The translations under genes were made by a program, and so were the position numbers. 64,000 bases of DNA, taken from an uncultured Spirochaetota bacterium. Its GTDB lineage: Bacteria > Spirochaetota > Spirochaetia > SZUA-6 > CAVTHK01. The notes beneath the pieces were generated by a model that saw nothing but the letters and a program-made list of their open reading frames with translations, was not told the origin of the DNA and did no database searches. Shown here one piece after another: positions 57,669 through 64,000 of this stretch. Position 1 is the stretch's first letter. Each line of letters begins with the position of its first letter. Location: positions 288,001 through 352,000 of the forward strand of contig CAVTHK010000011.1 of NCBI GenBank assembly GCA_963734495.1, given 5' to 3'.

Positions 57669-58855
57669 ATGCACCGCGTGCGCTTCCCGGTTCTCAAGAC
57701 TCTCTGCCGCAATCCCCGCATGCTCGGCCGTGCCGCCCGCCCTGGGCCTCCGGCTCATGCAATACATGCGCAAGTTCCGCGTGCAGCGGGTCGGCGCGAA
57801 CGAGATCCTTCATTCTCATCTTCCGCCTCTGAACAGCAGCGCCTACGCCCGCTTCGTCGAAGAGCACCTCCTCGGCCGCGCGGCCGGGCCCTCGCACGCG
57901 CAGGTCGGGCTGACGGCCGCCTGCCCGCAGGCCTGCGCCTTACTGCTACAACCGGTCGCGCAGCGGCGTCCCCATGGACACGCCGACGATCCTGAACGTG
58001 GTGCGCGAGCTCAAGCGCCTGGGCGTGTTCTGGATGGGATGGACGGGAGGCGAGCCCCTCCTCAACGGGGACATCGTGCGGATCACCGAGGAGGCATCCG
58101 ACGGCTGCGCGGTCAAGCTCTTTACGACAGGCTCGACGCTCACGCCGACTCTCGCCCGCGACCTCAAGGAGGCGGGTCTCTTTTCGGTCTGCGTGAGCCT
58201 CGACCACTGGAAGCCGGACGTGCACGATGCCCGGCGCGGCGTCGCGGGCGCATTTGCCACGGCGCTGCGGGCCATCGAGATCTTCCGCAACGTCCCCGGC
58301 CTCCACGTCGGGGTCTCGTCGGTCCTCTCCCGCGAGATGATCCGCGACGGGCAGACCGAAGAGCTGCTGGCTTTCCTCGAAGGGCTCGGCATCCACGAGG
58401 CCTGGCTCAGCGAGACCAAGCCGTCGGTCGAGGCATTCTGGAGCGACGACCAGGTGATCAGCGAGGACGAACGCCGCGGCCTCGTGCGGCTCCAGGACAG
58501 GGTCAACAGGAAGGCCGCCTTCACCTTGAATTATCTCGGTCATTTCGAGGGGCGCGAGCATTTCGGCTGCAACGCGGGCCGCAAGATGATCTACGTCGAC
58601 GCGTTCGGCGAGGTGAGCCCGTGCGTCTTTACGCCGATGACGCTGGGCAACGTCCGCGCGAAGCCGCTCGCGGAGATATGCGCGGAGATGGCCGCGCTGT
58701 TTCCGGGGGAATGCTCCTGCTTCGTCAACCGCAACTACAGGCTGCTTCAGAGCGCTTCGGCGGGCCGGATGCCGATTCCGCGCGAGGCGGCTCTCGCGAT
58801 GCTTGCCGATGCGCGGTTCGGTCCCCGCTCGCGGCTTCAGGAGCTCTCCCTGTGA
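57669..58855 (+). CDS. Radical SAM protein with SPASM/twitch domain; frameshifts near 57735 and 57940
   Basis: CPQAC(AY)C is restored by removing one base near 57940; TGGEPLL, VSLD, GCNAGR..Y.D..GEVSPC. Confidence 0.85.
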
Positions 58856-59256
58856 GTCGGCTCACCCCGTACAGGCTGGTCAGCCTCGCGCTCGCCGTGG
58901 GCTTCGCCGTGGCCGGCCTCGTCTTCCTGTTCTTTCCGGACGAGACGATCTCGCTCGGCCAGAGAGCCATCGGGACTCCGGTCGGGGAGAATCGCTTCTT
59001 CCTCATCCTGGCCTCGGCGTACATGTACGTCGTGACCGCGCTGGCCTGGTCGATGTTCCGCTCGCCCGACGAGCCGATCTACCCGCGGCTCCTCTGGCAG
59101 GCGAAAGCAGTCAGCTCGGTCCTGTCCTTCGGCTTCTTCCTCCTCCACGCGCCGCTGCCGATCTACCTCGCCAACGGTGTCGTCGATGGCGCCCTCGCGG
59201 TCGTCGTGCTCGTGATGTTCCGCGGGGTCGCGAAGACGCGCAGGAGCAGCGACTGA
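58852..59256 (+). CDS. 4-TM hypothetical membrane protein
   Basis: GTGA overlap with the radical SAM gene; four hydrophobic segments. Confidence 0.75.
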   Translation: MSRLTPYRLVSLALAVGFAVAGLVFLFFPDETISLGQRAIGTPVGENRFFLILASAYMYVVTALAWSMFRSPDEPIYPRLLWQAKAVSSVLSFGFFLLHAPLPIYLANGVVDGALAVVVLVMFRGVAKTRRSSD

Positions 59257-59270
59257 GCGGGCGATCCAGC

Positions 59271-59811
59271 ATGCGGCTGGCGCTGGCGCGTCTCTTCGTG
59301 CCGGCGGCCGTGAAGAAGCGGAAGCTCGGCGAGCTCGCCCGCCTGACCGCCCGCGCGTTCGCCGCCGAGCCGCCGGCCCTCGACGGGCTGCTGTGGCGTG
59401 CGCGGCTGGCAACGTACGGTCTCTACACCCGTCAGCTCGTGGAAAAGGCGATCGACCGCGGCGACGACCTCGCCGCCCTGGAGAGGCGCCTGTTCGAGGA
59501 GGCGCGGCCGTTCGGACGGGAGCTGGCGCGCGAGCTGCGCGTCTCTGGACCTCGATTCCGCGCTCGCCGCCGCGCGGGTGCTCTACCGGGCTCTCGACAT
59601 AGACTTCACCGCCGACCGGGGCGGCGGGGTCGTCGTGCGACGATGCTACTTCGCCCAGATCTACACCTACGACGTGTGCCGGGTCATGTCCGCGCTGGAT
59701 TACGGGATCCTCGCGGGGCTCGCCGGCTTCGCCACGCTGCGCTTCGAGCAGCGGCTGACCGGCGGAGACAGCTGCTGCCGCGCGCGATTCGAGCTGGAAG
59801 CCGCCTCATGA
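59271..59811 (+). CDS. ATC-hydrolase/V4R-like protein, frameshift near 59550
   Basis: RCYF..VC..MSALD.G..F..RLT.G..CC.ARF Cys pattern. Confidence 0.6.
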
Positions 59812-61106
59812 AGACCGCGGTCGTCGTGGGGACGGGCGCCGGCGGCGCCACGATCGCCCGCGAGCTCCAGGGCGCCTACGAGGTGACGGTGCTCGAGGCG
59901 GGCGGCGAGTTCCGGCCGTTCGCGGCGAGCCTCGCGGTTCCGGAGGCGCTCAAGCGGATCGGGCTCCTCTTCGACGAGCGCGAGATCCGGCTGATGTTCC
60001 CGGCGATGAAGATCGATCGGTCGAGCGACGGGGATGGTGCTCGTGCGCGGCATCGGGACGGGCGGCACCACCACGATCGCGACGGGAAACGCGCTCCGCG
60101 TGGACGCCGGCCTGGCCGCCGATCGGCATCGATCTGACCCCGGAGCTCGAGCAGCTGCGGACGCGAGATCCCCATCTCCACCGCGCATCAGGGGCGCTGG
60201 AGAGCAGACGACGCGAGAGCTGTTCGCGCTGTGCGCAGAGCATGGGCCTCGAGCCGGCGCCGCTTCCCAAGATGGGCGCGTACGAGTCCTGCCGCCGCTG
60301 CGGCCGCTGCGTGCTGGGCTGCCCCTACGGGGTCAAGTGGGACAGCCGCGCGTTCCTCCGCGACGCGATCGGCGCGCGGCGCGCGCCTGGTCACGGGCGC
60401 CCGCGCGCGAGCGTGCGCATCGAGTCGGGCCGGGCCACGGGCGTGCATGCGATCCGCGGCGGCACGCGCCGCTTCTACGCGGCCGACCTGGTCGTCCTGG
60501 CCGCGGGCGGGTTGGGCACTCCCGTCATCCTGCAGGGCTCCGGCATCGCCTGCGAGCCCACCCTCTTCGTCGACCCCGTTCTGTGCGTGGCGGCGCGGCG
60601 GAAAGGCGCGCTGCTCGACCGCGAGATCTCGATGCCGTTCGCGGTCCGCGCGAGGGCTTCATCGTGTCGCCTTACTTCGACTACCTGAGCTACTTCTTCA
60701 ACCGCCGGTGGAGCGCGCCCGGCCCGCGACACGGTCGAGCCTCATGATCAAGCTGGCTGATTCCTGTCGCGGCGGCGTCGAGGGGCGCAGGATCGACAAG
60801 GGATTGAGCGAAGAGGACCGGCGCACGCTGAAAGGGGCGGTGGACCTCTGTCTCGAGATCCTGCGCGGCCTGGGCATTGCGCGCGACGAGGTCTTCATGG
60901 GGACGCTCAACGCCGGGCACCCCGGAGGGATGCTGCCCCTCGGCCGCGGCGACGCGCAGTCGCTGCACCCGGCCCGGCTCCCGGAGAACCTCTTCGTGGC
61001 CGACGCCACGCTCCTTCCCCGATCGCTCGGCAATCCCCCCATCCTCACGATCATGGCGCTCGCAAAACGCGTGGCGCGGGCGGCGCGCGCGGCACAAGGC
61101 GCTTGA
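59808..61106 (+). CDS. GMC-family flavoprotein oxidoreductase with multiple frameshifts
   Basis: VVGTGAGG, VLEAG, G.GTGGTT, CRRCGRCVLGC, LAAGGLGTP.IL, HPGG, NLFVADA, NPPILTIMALA. Confidence 0.82.
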
Positions 61107-61123
61107 TCCGCACGGCAGGAGCG

Positions 61124-62190
61124 ATGATGACGAGGTATACGGCTTCGGTGGTTGGCTGCGGCGCCGGCGGAAGGCTGAGCCTCGACGCGTACGCCGCATC
61201 GCCGCGCTTCGACCTGGCCGCGGCCTGCGACCTGAAGCCCGAAGTCCTCGAGGCTGTTCGCAGGAAGTATCCGGGATCCGGACCTTTTCATCGCACCGCG
61301 AGATGTTCGACTCCTGCCCCACGGACGTCGTGAGCGTCTCGACGTTTCCGCCCTCGCACCGCGAGGTGACCTTCGACGCGCTTGCCCGCCGGCCCCGCGG
61401 CGGGCTCGAGCTTCCGCTGCGGGGAATCCTCGTCGAGAAGCCTCTCGCCGACACGGCCGCGGCCGGCAGGGAGATCATGCAGGCCGTCCGGCAGCGGGGC
61501 ATTCCGATGGTCGTGCCGCACGGCTGGCTGGCGCGGGACATCGCGCAGGAGATCAAGGGCCGCGTCAGGGGCGGCGGGATCGGCCGCCTGCTGCTGATGG
61601 AGGTCCAGTGCCGCCGGTGGGACATCATCAACGCGGGAATCCACTGGGTCCACTTCTTCCTGTCGGTGATCGAAAGGGAGCCTGTCGACTCTGTCATGGC
61701 CGCGGTCGACGCGACGACGCGGACCTGGCGCGACGGGATGCAGGTCGAGACCTCCGCGGTGACCTACGTCCAGATGAAGAGCGGCGCCCGGATGGTGATG
61801 CAGACCGGCGACGATACCGCGACCGCCCGGGGCGAGACCGTCTTCCGGTTCTACGGCGAAGGCGGGATGATCGAGTGGTGCCTCCAGGAGTCGTCCTACC
61901 TCGTGAACGGGAAGAACGTACCCGTGACGCCGCGCGACCCGCGCAAGCCGCATCAGCGTTACCTCGATCATCTCGCCGAGCAGATCGACAGCGGCCGCTT
62001 CGACTTCGAGATCCCCGATCTCTCGCTGACCGCGCTCGAGATCTGCGAAGCGGCCTACCTCTCGGCAGCCGGCCGATGCCGGGTCGCGTTTCCACTCGAG
62101 GGCTTCCGCGTCCCGCCGCCGTCGGACTGGGCGCCCGGCAAACCGTACTCGGGCTCCGGCGGCGGCCGCGACGGCCGGACGCTCGGCTGA
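61124..62190 (+). CDS. Gfo/Idh/MocA oxidoreductase, frameshift near 61280
   Basis: VVGCG, AACD, ILVEKPLA, GIHW. Confidence 0.85.
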
Positions 62191-62211
62191 TCCCGCCCCG
62201 GCGCTGCCCGT

Positions 62212-62239
62212 CCTAACACAAACCTAACGCCCCGCAAAC
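62212..62239 (+). promoter_or_regulatory. Putative Pho box
   Basis: CCTAAC repeated at an 11-bp period (62212, 62223, degenerate 62234) upstream of pstS. Confidence 0.6.
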
Positions 62240-62299
62240 ACGGAGCTATTGGAGACCGCGTAGCTTCGAGCCACGACACAGGTTCGAAGGAGGGGCATA

Positions 62300-63373
62300 A
62301 TGAAGAAGGTCATCGTGCCGGCCGCCCTGCTCGCGCTCGGTGCGGCGCTGTTCGCAGGCGGAAACGGCGAGGCGACGGCCGGGGTCGCCGCCCGGCCGGC
62401 GTCGATCGAGCAGCAGCCCGTGCTGCTGAACGGGGCGGGCGCCACGTTCCCGTATCCGATCTACTCCAAGTGGTTCGACGAGTACCACAAGCTGCACCCG
62501 TCGGTGCAGATCAACTACCAGAGCATCGGCTCGGGCGGCGGCATCCGCCAGATCACCGAGGGCACGGTCGACTTCGGCGCCACCGACGGGCCGCTGACCG
62601 ACGACCAGCTCAAGGCCTATCGCGACAAGTACGGCTACGACGTCCTGCACTTCCCGACCGTGGCCGGGGCGGTGGTTCCCACTTACAACATCCAGGGCTT
62701 CGCGGGAGAGCTCAACTTTACGCCCCAGGCGCTGGCCGGGATCTTTCTCGGCAGGATCACCAGGTGGAACGACCCGGAGATCGCGAAGGCGAATCCCGGG
62801 GCGAGCCTGCCGGGGGCCGACATCGTCGTCGTGCACCGTTCCGACGGAAGCGGCACCACGTACGTCTGGACCGATTACCTGTCGAAGGTCAGCGACGAGT
62901 GGAAGGCGAAGGTCGGAAAGAACACGTCGGTGAACTGGCCGGTGGGCCTGGGCGGCAAAGGAAACGAGGGCGTGTCGGGCCTCGTCAAGCAGACCCCCAA
63001 CTCCATCGGCTACGTCGAGCTGATCTACGCGGTGCAGAACAGCCTCGGGTACGGCAAGGTGCAGAACGCGGCGGGCCGGTTCGTCAAGGCCAGCCTCGAG
63101 ACGACGACCGCGGCGGCGGCCGGAGCGCCGATGCCCGACGACTTCCGCGTGTCGATGACGAACCCCTCCGGCGCCCAGGCCTACCCCATCGCGAGCTTCA
63201 CCTGGCTGCTCGTCCCGAGCAGGATCGCCGACGCCGCCAAGCGCAAGACGTTCGTCGACTTCCTGCACTGGATGGTCACCAGCGGCCAGGACCTGACCGA
63301 GGCCCTCGCCTACGCCAGGCTGCCGGCAGACGTCGTGACCAGGGAGACCGCGGCATTCGCCAAGGTCCAGTGA
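62300..63373 (+). CDS. pstS: Phosphate ABC binding protein PstS
   Basis: GAGATFP, YQSIGSGGG, DFGATD, RSDGSGTT, GKGNEGV, IGYVE. Confidence 0.96.
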   Translation: MKKVIVPAALLALGAALFAGGNGEATAGVAARPASIEQQPVLLNGAGATFPYPIYSKWFDEYHKLHPSVQINYQSIGSGGGIRQITEGTVDFGATDGPLTDDQLKAYRDKYGYDVLHFPTVAGAVVPTYNIQGFAGELNFTPQALAGIFLGRITRWNDPEIAKANPGASLPGADIVVVHRSDGSGTTYVWTDYLSKVSDEWKAKVGKNTSVNWPVGLGGKGNEGVSGLVKQTPNSIGYVELIYAVQNSLGYGKVQNAAGRFVKASLETTTAAAAGAPMPDDFRVSMTNPSGAQAYPIASFTWLLVPSRIADAAKRKTFVDFLHWMVTSGQDLTEALAYARLPADVVTRETAAFAKVQ

Positions 63374-63401
63374 GGGGGTCGCACATGAAGCAAACAGAGA
63401 C

Positions 63402-64000
63402 ATGACGACCGCAGTAGAACCGCTCAAGAGCGCGCCCGGCCGAGGCCGGGTGCGCGTCTTTCTGCACCGCCTCCGCAGCGGCGACCGTGCCGCGCACCTG
63501 CTCACGCTCATTTTTGCCGCGAGCATCCTGCTGATCACGGTGCTGATCTTCTACGAGCTCTACACGAACTCGGCGCTCTCACGGCGGAAGTTCGGATGGG
63601 CGTTCCTCTTTACCGGCACGTGGGACCCGGTCTTCGAAGAGTTCGGCGCCCTGCCGTTCATCTTCGGAACGCTGGTCACCTCGGCTCTGGCCCTGCTCAT
63701 CGCGGTGCCGGTAGGGATCGGCGCGGCCGTCTTTCTCGCGGAGCTGGCTCCCCCGAGGCTCTCCGACCCGATGACGTTTCTGATCGAGCTCCTCGCCGCG
63801 GTGCCGAGCGTCATCTACGGCCTGCTGGGGATCTTTATCCTCGTACCCATCATGCGCACGGTGGTCCAGCCCTTTCTCAAGGCGACGCTCGGGTTCCTCC
63901 CTCTCTTTCAGGGTCCCGCCTACGGCGTCGGCCTGCTCACGGGCAGCGTGATCCTGGCGATCATGGTCGTGCCGTTCATCATATCCGTTTCCCGCGAGGT
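63402..64000 (+). CDS. pstC: Phosphate ABC permease PstC (partial)
   Basis: WDP..FGALPFIFGTL, ELLAAVPSVIYGL; follows pstS. Confidence 0.93.
   Translation, partial: MTTAVEPLKSAPGRGRVRVFLHRLRSGDRAAHLLTLIFAASILLITVLIFYELYTNSALSRRKFGWAFLFTGTWDPVFEEFGALPFIFGTLVTSALALLIAVPVGIGAAVFLAELAPPRLSDPMTFLIELLAAVPSVIYGLLGIFILVPIMRTVVQPFLKATLGFLPLFQGPAYGVGLLTGSVILAIMVVPFIISVSRE

Noticed and set aside
57730-61290. Programmed frameshifting or phase variation
   Set aside because: I saw no consistent slippery heptamers or long homopolymers, and similar indels occur across unrelated genes.

Overview
A very GC-rich bacterial chromosomal window, probably from a free-living Spirochaetota (inferred from cysteine-less 'FAGGxxE'-type binding-protein leaders, TPAT-type DctP proteins and a spirochaete-like PRTase). 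It is dominated by solute uptake and catabolism: three CUT1 sugar ABC systems, a BMP/nucleoside ABC, a family-5 ABC, a TRAP system, split transketolase, a galactonate-dehydratase-like enzyme, four Gfo/Idh/MocA oxidoreductases and pstS-pstC. About a dozen otherwise intact genes carry 1-bp frameshifts, most likely long-read assembly errors. The most interesting elements are: (1) an ArsR-DsrE2-TusA-DsrM-like-DsrK-like operon, a candidate sulfane-sulfur relay/reductase with no dsrAB/dsrC in the window; (2) a radical SAM/SPASM + membrane protein + ATC-hydrolase/V4R-like + GMC oxidoreductase operon; (3) a glycolipid-synthase/DctP/DUF6962/HAD operon divergent from a NIDO-like-domain kinase and sigma54 activator, with a near-consensus sigma54 promoter; (4) an atypical PRTase divergent from cytosine deaminase; (5) a palindrome shared by two distant loci, suggesting a FadR regulon; (6) an AbiE type IV toxin-antitoxin pair. 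I recognised no rRNA, tRNA, CRISPR array, transposase or integrase. All family calls come from motif recognition by eye, not database searches.
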